Positions 44,194-54,279 of a DNA stretch of 64,000 nt are shown piece after piece. Origin of the DNA: Craspedostauros australis (Eukaryota). The first letter of the stretch is position 1. Every line of letters starts with the position of its first letter. Both the position numbers and the translations under genes were made by a program. The notes beneath the pieces were generated by a model. That model worked only from the letters and a program-made list of their open reading frames with translations, did not search any database and was not told where the DNA came from. The stretch lies in contig JALAGF010003814.1 of the NCBI GenBank assembly GCA_030167865.1, forward strand, positions 1-64,000, read 5' to 3'.

Positions 44194-46680
44194 TTAGAGC
44201 TTGCCAATCCTTCTCCGGAGGTTCTTCGAGGACGACAGCACGCCTTCGCATCGATCCACGAGGTCACTTGTTCTCTCCTGTTCTGTCTCGACGAATCTCG
44301 TGTACGGTGCAACGCCATCAAGGATCCGCCTGTTGACCCGTTCCAGCTCCTTCGAACAAATCTCTTCCAACGCTGCATCCAACCTGGAAGCACGTAGTTT
44401 CCACGTCTGCTGGTACGACCCCCGTATCCTCGTCGTGCCCGAATACAGCCATGCCCCACCCGTGACGACGAACGCCAGCGCTGACGATGATGCCGCAATG
44501 ACATCCAGCGACTGCATTGCAGCCAGGCCAACCGATCCGAGTGCACCTATTTGCAATCCTGCCGACACCATCGCTGCACTGCGGAGTGATTCGAAGACGC
44601 GCCCGACTTCCTCCGTTTCATCAAAGTCCATCGTCTCGACCACAGCATTTGACAGGCGTTCTTCTAAACTTTTCCGGGTGTCTTCAAAACGAGATGCGGA
44701 TGTCACGCTTCCAATCAGGCTCTGATTTTGCATGGCTGGCCGTTTTCCCAAGTACTCAATGACGGCCTGTCCTTGTGCCCTTCCTCTTGTTGCGACGGAG
44801 TCACTGCATCGACGAAGATGTCCATGTGCATTTGAATTTTGCGCGTGTGGGTGCTTCCATTTCAGCATTGAAACATCACGTGAGTCAGGGTACGTTGCAC
44901 GAACGGAGCACTTGTTGCTGCAGCATCTTGGTAGCATACTCATGATCATGCCGATGACGTGGTGACAATGCCGCTGGGGCATCAACCTTGGTAGATAGTA
45001 TGATAGAAGGCAGCCAAGCTGCATGGCACGCTTCCTTCCTTGGATGAATGGCAAGACCAAGACTCATCGCATGGGTGGTATTCGTAATCACATGGAGGCA
45101 TGGATCGACATCAAGCCATCTTCCAAACCTTCCCCATCTCACATGTCACGCCAATATCTGCACAAAACACTCTCAAACCGGCCCACTTACGCTGTGTCTC
45201 TGACCTGATCCAGAAGATCGTCTTTCATCGTCTGCTGGGATTGCGCTGTAGAGATGGACCGCGTGTCCTTCCACGCCTTGTCAAACGCCGATTGATCGAA
45301 TGATATCCTGTACAGATCAAGCCAACTCGTTTGATCCAACAACGTCGAGCAACGCTCGCCTTGCGATGTGAGCATGTTGGACACGTCTCGCCGTGACGTG
45401 GCCAGGTCGGCCTGGAGCTCGTTCTTCCAACCATTGAACTGGCTTTGGAATATGTTGAGGGTGGCAACGTCGGCCTCGAGGTCCTTCTGCTGATGTTCCA
45501 GTTTCTGAAGGCACTCGGCGATGATGCCCTCGATGACGCCCAGCGGATTGGTGAGTTTGGATTTGAGTTTGGTTTCGGCCGTCAACGTGTCCTTGAGGAA
45601 TGATTCCAGCGACTCGAAGTGACTTCGCTCCCACAGCATCCCCAAATTGGAGGACCGCTCTTCGCCGTCACTTGCTGCGCTGCCGTCACTCTTCGAACCG
45701 CTGCTGTGCGTCATGACCTTGGCAGTCAGCGCATCGCGCGAGCTGATCGGCAGAACAATGGGCCTCGCGCCGAGCAATTCGCTTGCATTGTGCGTGACAA
45801 AGTCCACCACCTGCTGCTTCTGCTCCTTGCCATGATCGCCGCCGGCGGAATCCAAGATGTCCATCTTGTTGATAACGATGACGATATTCCTGCGGAAGGC
45901 CTGGATGCTCTTGAGCAGCGTGCGCTCGCTGTCTGGGAACGGCCGATCGGCCGACGTGACAAAGAGCAGCAAATCGGCGGCCGGCAGCAACCGCAGTGTG
46001 CGCGCCGTGTGGTCGGTGAGCACGGCGTTGGTGCCCGGCGTGTCAATCAACGTGAGATCGTGCAGCAATGGCATCTCCTTCGCAACGCGGTGCAAGACAA
46101 CGCCTGACGGCAACGATGTGCGTTCTCGCTGTTGCTGTTGCTTGGTGGGTGTCGTAGCGTCGCTACCATCCTGCGTGTCAGCATGGATCGAATCAACCGA
46201 CGGCGACGTCGCAACCGGGTTGCTGACAATCGTGATGCAATCTGTGGTGGGCAAGGCACCCATGTCCAACATCTTCTGCCCCAGCAACGCGTTGACCAAG
46301 GTCGACTTGCCAGCATTGAATTCGCCAGCAATGACCACCGCAAAGGTGGAATCCAATTGGAACTCCTCCAGGAATCGTCGATTCTCCGATTTGCGCACAT
46401 CGACCGATCCCACCTCGCGAGCGATGCGGCGTGCCAGCTGCGTCAGCGTCTGCTGTTCGGATAGCAACGCGCGCTCTTTGGCGCCCAGCAGACGGAAGAT
46501 GCCGCGCGGTGTTTCGTTTGGCAACGCCGCTGGCGATGGCGCTGTCGCCGTGCCATTGTCATTGGGTTGCGGTGCAACGTCTGGTGTCGATGCCAAGAAC
46601 CTCCTGGCGCATGATCCTCGCACACGTGCCCTCGTCGACAACGACAACCGGATTGTCTGCAGTGTTGAGGTGGCAATCAT
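44194..46680 (-). CDS. Dynamin-like GTPase of the FZL / bacterial dynamin-like / mitofusin-related type, ~699 aa
   Basis: Exons 46680-45191 (donor GTAAGT) and 44803-44194 (acceptor CAG), phase 2 consistent. G1 GEFNAGKS, G2 PTT, G3 DTPG, G4 NKMD. Coiled coils and a C-terminal hydrophobic hairpin (AGLQIGALGSVGLAAM / ALAFVVTGGAWLY) follow. Confidence 0.9.
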
Positions 46681-47331
46681 GTCAAGACAGAGAGAGTGTG
46701 TCTATCTGCTGATGGCAGCAAGACCACTTGGCGGGTCTAGAGAGAGAGAAGGCAGTATTCCGCAATACCTCTCTAGATGAATCAATCGCCTCTCTCTATC
46801 TCTCTTTCTCTTCCGGCTTCAGGTGTGCTCTTCGACCTACTCTATTCAATGCTCCTCCTGCAGTACGATTATGTTCGCGCCAGAGTCCTCGTGTGACTAT
46901 TCCACATCAGGATCGGCCCCTCTCGATCCCATTCCATCGCGGTGGTGTTGTGCGGATCGGCAGATGGTCAGCCTTGGTGTTTGTTTGTGGCGGTTCGTGT
47001 CGTCGGGTTTGGATTCCTTCTTCTTCGTGATTGTGGAAAGATCTCATTTTGATCCATTCGACCAAGAATGATTTATTCGAGACTCATGAAGTACTCTATC
47101 GATGTTCAATCATGTCCACGATTGGGACAGCATGCACACGCACGCTTTCCCGCCTTCTGGCAACGCCGAACCTTCTCATCGTTTCGAATCTGGCGCCACA
47201 TTTTGGATTCATGTTTGTGGGTGTGGTTGGAGAGATCGTGGTGGTTTCAAAACTTGAAACTCAAATTCGAGATAAGAACCAGTACAAGTGATCCAAAACG
47301 AACGATAGCTCGCTCTCTCCAGAGAGAAGAG

Positions 47332-47628
47332 ATGGCACAAGTACAAGTATGTCCACTATGCCAAACTCAACCATGTTGCTTCATAGCACCATTCACGCGG
47401 AATGGGGAGGTTGTGAATCATGGATACATGCACGAGTGCGCATCGTGGTACATGGAAGGAAGCATGGCGTGCGTGGGACTCGATGAAGGTGAGGTGATGC
47501 TGTGCACCATATTCCACAACATTACAGGCGACCATGTGATTGAAAGTTTGAATTGGATTGTCGCCATCGATCATCCAGGCCTGCTCCCTCTGTGTGTGTC
47601 AGTCACCTTGATCATGCACATCGATTGA
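47332..47628 (+). CDS. Possible small Cys-rich protein or degraded gene (CPLCQTQPC..LPLCV)
   Basis: 98-aa ATG ORF in a comparatively AT-rich intergenic segment. The only support is the CxxCxxxPC and LPxCV motifs. Confidence 0.25.
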   Translation: MAQVQVCPLCQTQPCCFIAPFTRNGEVVNHGYMHECASWYMEGSMACVGLDEGEVMLCTIFHNITGDHVIESLNWIVAIDHPGLLPLCVSVTLIMHID

Positions 47629-47996
47629 ATGTGGACAACATCAATGTTTGGTGTTTGGTGATGGCAATTCTGTTGCTGCTGGTGTTGTTGTTGTTGGAAT
47701 CAACGGAGTTGCAGTGGGCCTTGAGGATACAGAACATGAAATCTTCGCCGGGAGAGACATCTTGATGTAGTACTGCACCATGCCAACCCTGGCATTGTTT
47801 CTCTCATAGTGTTCATACTTACCAACAACGCACCAGGACCAACTCTGAAAGAACAAATACCAAAGTGGCATACTCACCTCGACTGGACACACTTGTGACC
47901 TATCAGCAACCTCCCAGTCTCGGATTCAGGTCCCATTCCTCGATCTGTCATCTGTCATCTCGCATCAGCTTGTAATCAAGATCCATCCAAGCCACC

Positions 47997-50900
47997 ATGG
48001 AAGGCATCACACGATCATCCGTACCTGCGTTCAACACCCCAACTCGAATCGAGGCGCTGCAATCGCAACTGGCCGAGAAGGAGAATGCGACACCCAACCT
48101 CGTCGTCAAACCCACGGCCGCCGATGCCGCCGCCGACACCCCTGAGACGCACGCGGAGACTCCGGAAGCCGTCTGGACACCAAGCAAGCAGTCTGGCGCA
48201 AACAGCAGCTACGATTCCACCAACTCCAACAAATCTGCTGATACGAGCAACGTGCACGTGCGACGTCTCGAGGATCAGCTGCATTCGCCGCCATCGTCAT
48301 CGGAAGTGCAAAGCCCAACGCCAAGCAATGCCAATGTGAAGGTAGCACAAACACCAGCGTCGCGCAACAAGGCGGCAGTCAGTTCACCATCGCAGGCCGA
48401 AACCTTGCGCAGTAGGCCTACGGATGTTCCCAAGGACGACATGCAATCGACCGACGCGATTCCGTCGCCGCTCGCGAGAGAAACTCCCATGACACCTGAC
48501 AAGGCCTCGCCATTGGCTTCCACTTACGCATACACTCCACAGGACGTCGCAAATGACAGCACTCCACCAATGACAGGAGCAATCCAGCATCACGATGATG
48601 CTGGTGATGATGCTGGTGATGATGACAGTTTCGGAACCGCCGCATCTCCCTCCCAAGGATTGGATGATTCTGCCTTCGGCGTGGAGGACATGTCCAATCT
48701 GCCAACACCCAAGAGACAGAACAGAGTTCCAAGCTCGAGCAACTTGATGAACAACTCTCTCTCGCCCATCTCCGCCGCGCTGATGGATGACAGCACTCAT
48801 ACCATGTCGTCTCATCTGAGTCCACAGGTACTCCTTGGGAATGGATCCAGTCCAGAGATGCGTGCACGCACACCGATGGACAATTCCATGATGGTGATGC
48901 CACGCGAAGAATTGGAACCGATGGCCGATCTGGATGATGAGGCACTGCCGTCACCTATCCAAGCTCGAACATCACCGATGGCAGCGGCCACGCCGTCCAC
49001 GAACTCCGACTTGTCTCCATCCGTTGACGACGCTAAGTCCAAGCATTGTTCTGCTTACGCCCGCACGCACCTGAAACCGAATGCGCTCTTCGCCTCGTCG
49101 ATGGCAGCAAGGATGAGACTTGATGACGATGTCGATGAGGCCAACATAGATTATGAAGAGGAAGATGTTTCCATCGTCGCATCCTCTGTGTCGTCCGTCC
49201 CATTTGACTGTGTCGAAGATTCCAAGACGGCGCCGATGCCTCCAGCCCACAACGAGAACGCAGAAGGCGACGAAGATGAAGGCGAGGAACACACGCAGAC
49301 ACAAGCGCCAGTGCAAACACAAAAGCCAACAACACCAGAGCCGCATGCAAAGCAAGACTTACAGTCGGAGATGGAAGATGGACACATCCCTCCTCTTGTT
49401 TTCGACCTTCCATCATCCTCCCTGACGGCAATCGACGATGATGACCTTGTCTCCGAGGCTGGATTCGTGGATTCGGAACACCAAGAAGACGCAACAGCCG
49501 CTACTGCAGACGACGAGGCTGCCCCCAGGTTCAAGAACGTCAAGACGATGATGTCCTTGCCGTCAATTACTCAAATTGCGAGCATGGGATGGATGAAACG
49601 ATCACTTGGACAGCTTGGCATGAACAAGAAGAACAAGAGCAGCGGCAAAACCAAGCGTGGCAAGAGTTCGAAGAAGTTCTACCAAATGCAAACCGATGAT
49701 AACGACGACTACGACGACGATCAGAACTCGCTGCCTTTCGATGGTGAAGATGTGAGCCTCAACGATGGGTTGGATCCACCGGCTGTGTTTCCATCTGTTC
49801 CATACCAGACGTCCCATTCGTTCCGCATTTCGGAAGATGACAGAGAACATCAAAGCTACACTAGCGATGTTCAGGATGATGTTGATGTCAATGAGTCAGG
49901 CGATTCGCAGAGCTCTTCATGGTCCTATTCGAAATGGCTGAACAGAGGGGGGATCGCACAAGCGAAGATCGGTGAAGGTCCTTCGATGACGCTCGAGCTC
50001 GCCCCCATGGTGCGACAATCAGCAAGCGCATCGGCCTCGGCACCAGGAGCGGGGAATTCATTCGATGAGGAAGCCATGCTCATCGAAGCGCACCTGAACG
50101 ACAAGAGCAGCGCGCACGGGGTGGCAGCGGGTGCAGAAATTGGCCAGTCCATGGACGAGATGTTCCCGTCCGACGAGAATCATGATGGCAGCCACGTCCC
50201 TTCGTTCGAAAATGTGGACGCCACGAAGAACAAGAGGTTGCGCAGGATGATTGCGATGTTCATCTGCCTTGCGGTGGCCATCGTTGGGGTCCTATCTTCC
50301 GTAGTTGTTCTGCAGATGCGAAGAAGCAACATCAGCAACAATAACTCCAATGAAGGCACGGATTCCTTGTCAGACGCATCTCCGGACGTTTCGGACAGCG
50401 ACGATGAGCCAACAATCGATGACAAAGACGCAGTGGCGACAACCGCAGCGACAACCACCGCAACGGCACCGACCACCTCCACGGGTGCAGATTCGCCAAC
50501 ACAGTCACCAACGGACGCCGCATATGATGCGACAACGCAGACACCGGCACCATCCGCATCCCAAGGACCTCCGGCCACGATCCCTACTCAAGCACCCACC
50601 ATCGACTTGTCAGGCAGCCAGGTTTCCTCCGCTCAAAACTGCTTCGACGCTCTGCGCTTGCCCTCCCTCGGCACTGTCACAGGTGCTGTCACCCGCAACA
50701 TCAACGGTGCGACAGATTCGACGCACAACACTGTGTTTGCTGAGACCTGCGGCGCTTTCTCCTCCAGCATCGGAGCGGCAGCGACGGGAGATGCCAGCGA
50801 AGGTGCTTGGTACGTGTTCACACCCACCGAGGACATCGCGATGAAGGCGGACACCTGCGGCGGCGTCCTTGGCAGCGGGACCAACTTCGACACGGAGCTG

Positions 50901-52103
50901 ACGGTCCTGGCAGCCAGCGACATCACCATGACGCTGCCACCACCTGAACTGGGCGACGACATGGTGTGCGACGAAGCAAACACGCAGTTCACATGCATCA
51001 CATTCAACGACCAGCACAGGTCCTGCTTGCAAGGCGGCAGTCTCGTGGAATGGTACGCGCAAGCCGGGGTGTCGTACTACATCCATGTCAACGGGTACCA
51101 ACGCGCGACGGGCAACTTCCAGCTGACGTTGAGCACTGTTGAGACTCACCACACGGTGTGCAAGACGGCTGAGAAGATGATCCTTGATTCTACCGAGTAT
51201 GGCACGACGCGATTGTCACCTCTCCAATCCAGTGGCTTCACCATCGTGGAGCCATGTGGCGGCGGGGACGAGGGCGAGAATGAAGCCCCGGAAGATATCG
51301 CCGCTCTGCTGCCAACCTCGAGAGGCACCTGGTACGAGATCATGGGCATCGATGACTACATGGTGGCGGACGTGTTCTTCGAGCGTTACATTCGACGTTC
51401 CGTGGACTACGGCACGGTCTCCATCTTCGCTGGCGAGGACTGCAGCCAGCTGAAATGCATGAATGCAGTCACTGCCGGTCCGTCGTCGCGCGGACACGCC
51501 ACCGCCTGGTGGCTTGCGCAACCCGCGGTGCGATACTACGTGCTGGTGACGACACCGTCGCAGCTGCAGAACAAGAACGATGGCCGCAAGCTGGCGGAGA
51601 TCTCGCACGATGTCCCCGCATTCGACTTCCAGCTGACCGTCGGCGACTCCCAGCTGTCTCGGCCCCACGGCATCCCGGACAACAACTACTGCTCCACGGC
51701 GCAGGATCTCGAGGACGAGATGACCCTGGAAGCCACGACGCAGGGCGCCACGATCGATGCCACCGTCCAGATGTGCACAACGACGACGGCAGCCGAGTAC
51801 TCCACATCGCCCGGCGTCTGGTACAGGATGCAGAATGCCGCGAGCGACGAGCTGTGGACGCTGACGACGACGACATCCGACCAGGGCTGCAGGTTCGACT
51901 CGCGCATCTTCGTCTACGAGAACGACTGCCCATCATTGCGTTGCGCCAAGCACGTGAGCCCGTCCATCACGATGAACTGCAACGAGAGCGTATCGTTCAC
52001 AACGAAGAAGGGCACGATGTATCATATCCTCGTGACGGGGTACGGCACGCGCAGCGGTGATTTCACGTTGACGGCGACGAAGCAGGCAGGCAATGATCAG
52101 TAA
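47997..52103 (+). CDS. Large single-pass (type II-like) membrane protein with a T/P-rich stalk and three Cys-containing beta-rich repeats, 1368 aa
   Basis: Intronless ORF with a long acidic/Ser-rich N-terminus and TM MIAMFICLAVAIVGVLSSVVVL preceded by KNKRLRR. The three repeats contain G(A/T/V)WY..(FDT/FDS)..C..Y(Y/H)(I/V)xVxG..G(N/D)FxLT. Confidence 0.85.
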   Translation: MEGITRSSVPAFNTPTRIEALQSQLAEKENATPNLVVKPTAADAAADTPETHAETPEAVWTPSKQSGANSSYDSTNSNKSADTSNVHVRRLEDQLHSPPSSSEVQSPTPSNANVKVAQTPASRNKAAVSSPSQAETLRSRPTDVPKDDMQSTDAIPSPLARETPMTPDKASPLASTYAYTPQDVANDSTPPMTGAIQHHDDAGDDAGDDDSFGTAASPSQGLDDSAFGVEDMSNLPTPKRQNRVPSSSNLMNNSLSPISAALMDDSTHTMSSHLSPQVLLGNGSSPEMRARTPMDNSMMVMPREELEPMADLDDEALPSPIQARTSPMAAATPSTNSDLSPSVDDAKSKHCSAYARTHLKPNALFASSMAARMRLDDDVDEANIDYEEEDVSIVASSVSSVPFDCVEDSKTAPMPPAHNENAEGDEDEGEEHTQTQAPVQTQKPTTPEPHAKQDLQSEMEDGHIPPLVFDLPSSSLTAIDDDDLVSEAGFVDSEHQEDATAATADDEAAPRFKNVKTMMSLPSITQIASMGWMKRSLGQLGMNKKNKSSGKTKRGKSSKKFYQMQTDDNDDYDDDQNSLPFDGEDVSLNDGLDPPAVFPSVPYQTSHSFRISEDDREHQSYTSDVQDDVDVNESGDSQSSSWSYSKWLNRGGIAQAKIGEGPSMTLELAPMVRQSASASASAPGAGNSFDEEAMLIEAHLNDKSSAHGVAAGAEIGQSMDEMFPSDENHDGSHVPSFENVDATKNKRLRRMIAMFICLAVAIVGVLSSVVVLQMRRSNISNNNSNEGTDSLSDASPDVSDSDDEPTIDDKDAVATTAATTTATAPTTSTGADSPTQSPTDAAYDATTQTPAPSASQGPPATIPTQAPTIDLSGSQVSSAQNCFDALRLPSLGTVTGAVTRNINGATDSTHNTVFAETCGAFSSSIGAAATGDASEGAWYVFTPTEDIAMKADTCGGVLGSGTNFDTELTVLAASDITMTLPPPELGDDMVCDEANTQFTCITFNDQHRSCLQGGSLVEWYAQAGVSYYIHVNGYQRATGNFQLTLSTVETHHTVCKTAEKMILDSTEYGTTRLSPLQSSGFTIVEPCGGGDEGENEAPEDIAALLPTSRGTWYEIMGIDDYMVADVFFERYIRRSVDYGTVSIFAGEDCSQLKCMNAVTAGPSSRGHATAWWLAQPAVRYYVLVTTPSQLQNKNDGRKLAEISHDVPAFDFQLTVGDSQLSRPHGIPDNNYCSTAQDLEDEMTLEATTQGATIDATVQMCTTTTAAEYSTSPGVWYRMQNAASDELWTLTTTTSDQGCRFDSRIFVYENDCPSLRCAKHVSPSITMNCNESVSFTTKKGTMYHILVTGYGTRSGDFTLTATKQAGNDQ

Positions 52104-52415
52104 GAATAGCGTAGCGTAGACATGATCCACCTATGTAGGAACAGTCGAGTACTCTACATGCACAAGTGTTATGGTGCCATTCTTGATTGTGTGATATATC
52201 AGGATTCTGCAGAAGGCAGGTTCCATCCGAAGTGGACGTGAAACAACCTCACCGATCCAGCAGAGAATTTGGATGAGCAACAGCTGCCAGCCGGATACGG
52301 AGATTCGTCCGTCTGGACACCAGATTCCATCATTCTCTCTTCTGCGCACTCAACATGCATAGTTCTGTCATTGTAATGATTCTAACTAAGAATGAAGCAA
52401 GCGGCTAACTCTACT

Positions 52416-53540
52416 CTACTCTAATCGATGCGCCAACACATGCAAATGCCGTTGCAACTCCATCTGCTGGCGCTGCTGTTGCAGCTGACGATGCATACGC
52501 TGACGCTTGCGCCGTTGGTGACCTTTGAGGACGTTGCTCCACAGCTGCAGAAAGCCCTTGCCGAAGGAGCAGCATTCGACATCGTCGTAGTAATAGTAGA
52601 GGTAGTTGTCCACGGCGTCGTCGGGGTGGTAGTGCGGCAGGTTCCAGATGACTTCTTCGTGGTTGTTGGGGTGCATTTGGGTCGTGTCGTCCTGCGAACG
52701 CAACGGGGTGTCCAACCGCTGATGATGGGAACATGGCGGAGAGGGCAGAAAGATGGATTCGGCGTCATCATCAAGGCGATGCCGCAGCTCGTCGATGCGC
52801 GCTGTGTCATCCCTCTTGACACCCAAACTGACGTCGGCCGTCACTGGTATCAGCAATCCACTGTCTGCCGTCTTCGAACCATTGTCATTCTCTGATTGTT
52901 GCTGCTCCTGCATGGAGGCGGACGAGGAGGACAGCGAGGTGCACGTGGACGATGTATCGTTGTACAGGCTGTGATGCACGCCGTCGTACATGATGTACTG
53001 TTCGTGACTGATGCAGTCCCGTTCGCGTTGATGCTCGTGCTTGAACGCGGTTGCTGCGTGCGAACGGTAGTAGCAATCATCCTCATCTTCATCGTAGTGC
53101 TGTTGGTAGTGTCGGTGCTGGCGGAAGTATTGCGCGTCGCTGTCGCCATCGTCTCCCACGCTGGAGACGAAGAAGGCTGATGGCGTGACCAACGTCAGGA
53201 TGGAGTCGCTGAATTCGTGGTTTTGCGTTGTGGTGATCGTCGTCATCATTGTCGTCGCGTTGTCTGTGGTTGGTTTGGTTGTTGCTGTGTCTGTGTCCTT
53301 ATCTGTGAGTGCGTTTGTGTTTGTGTCCTTGTTGGGCGGTACTGTTGCGTCTGGATCTGGATCCGCGTGGGGTTGGATGCTGTTGCTGAGCCTGCTGCCC
53401 TTGTCATCGCAGAAGAAGGCGATGTGACTTGCCGCACTCGTTGGCTTCGCTTTGATTGAGTCCATTCGGCGTCCCTGTGGCTCCGTGATTGTGCCAGTCC
53501 TTTTGCCTTGGATGTTGTGTTGTGATGCTGTATGATGCAT
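52416..53540 (-). CDS. Hypothetical low-complexity protein, ~374 aa
   Basis: ORF of more than 370 codons, with first ATG at 53540. T/D/Q-rich with no recognisable domain. Confidence 0.45.
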   Translation of the reverse strand: MHHTASQHNIQGKRTGTITEPQGRRMDSIKAKPTSAASHIAFFCDDKGSRLSNSIQPHADPDPDATVPPNKDTNTNALTDKDTDTATTKPTTDNATTMMTTITTTQNHEFSDSILTLVTPSAFFVSSVGDDGDSDAQYFRQHRHYQQHYDEDEDDCYYRSHAATAFKHEHQRERDCISHEQYIMYDGVHHSLYNDTSSTCTSLSSSSASMQEQQQSENDNGSKTADSGLLIPVTADVSLGVKRDDTARIDELRHRLDDDAESIFLPSPPCSHHQRLDTPLRSQDDTTQMHPNNHEEVIWNLPHYHPDDAVDNYLYYYYDDVECCSFGKGFLQLWSNVLKGHQRRKRQRMHRQLQQQRQQMELQRHLHVLAHRLE

Positions 53541-54162
53541 TGTGGCAGCAGCAGTGGTGATCGAAGATGGTGCCTGCAATGGAGCAGTTGATGAATGGCC
53601 ACAAAGCGCACAACCCAACAGTTCGGCTTCTTGAGTTGGTGTCAGAGATAGCCACTTTTGTGCTGTGGAGGCTGACGACAGGGTTCGTCTGATCCAAACT
53701 TCGGTTGTCAGCACCGGTGCTCTGTCTGCTTCAACAGTGCAGAATGCGCTACGTATGCACGAGGATGCACGAGTATGATGTTTTGTGTGTGGAGCGGGCG
53801 TCGACCTTCACGATTTGGCAGTATGGCAGGTCGCACCGTGCTTGTCCTTGTACGTATTGTACTGTACTGTACGAGCGGTTGTACGATCGTTGTTCCAGTG
53901 TGGCGCGTGTCGGGTGGATGTGCGCGTAGCTCCTCTACAGCCCAAGGTTGCTCTGCCCTACTATACTTCGATCCAGCGTGGTGCGGCGCAGTTGAGGTTC
54001 AGGCAAAGCCAAGATCAAACACAAGGCGCAGTCGTTCGGCAATTGCCACTGGTTCGTCGTCGCAGAGGGAGATGTTGTGCGTATTGTGTGTCCGTTGAGA
54101 ATGCGGGAGACTCCAGAATGGTTCCTCTCCGTTTCAGCGTTTGTGTGTTGTGAAGTCTTCCA

Positions 54163-54207
54163 GACGACGATGATGATGATGATGATGAGGATGATGATGA
54201 GGATGAT
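54163..54207. repeat. Imperfect (GAT)n microsatellite
   Basis: gacgacgatgatgatgatgatgatgaggatgatgatgaggatgat. Confidence 0.85.
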
Positions 54208-54243
54208 GTTGTTCCTGGACGACGACGATGTTCCTGATTAGTT

Positions 54244-54279
54244 GATGTGCTTCGATGTGCTTGGATGTGCTTCGATGTG
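54244..54279. repeat. 10-bp tandem repeat (GATGTGCTTS), ~3.5 copies
   Basis: gatgtgcttc gatgtgcttg gatgtgcttc gatgtg. Confidence 0.8.
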
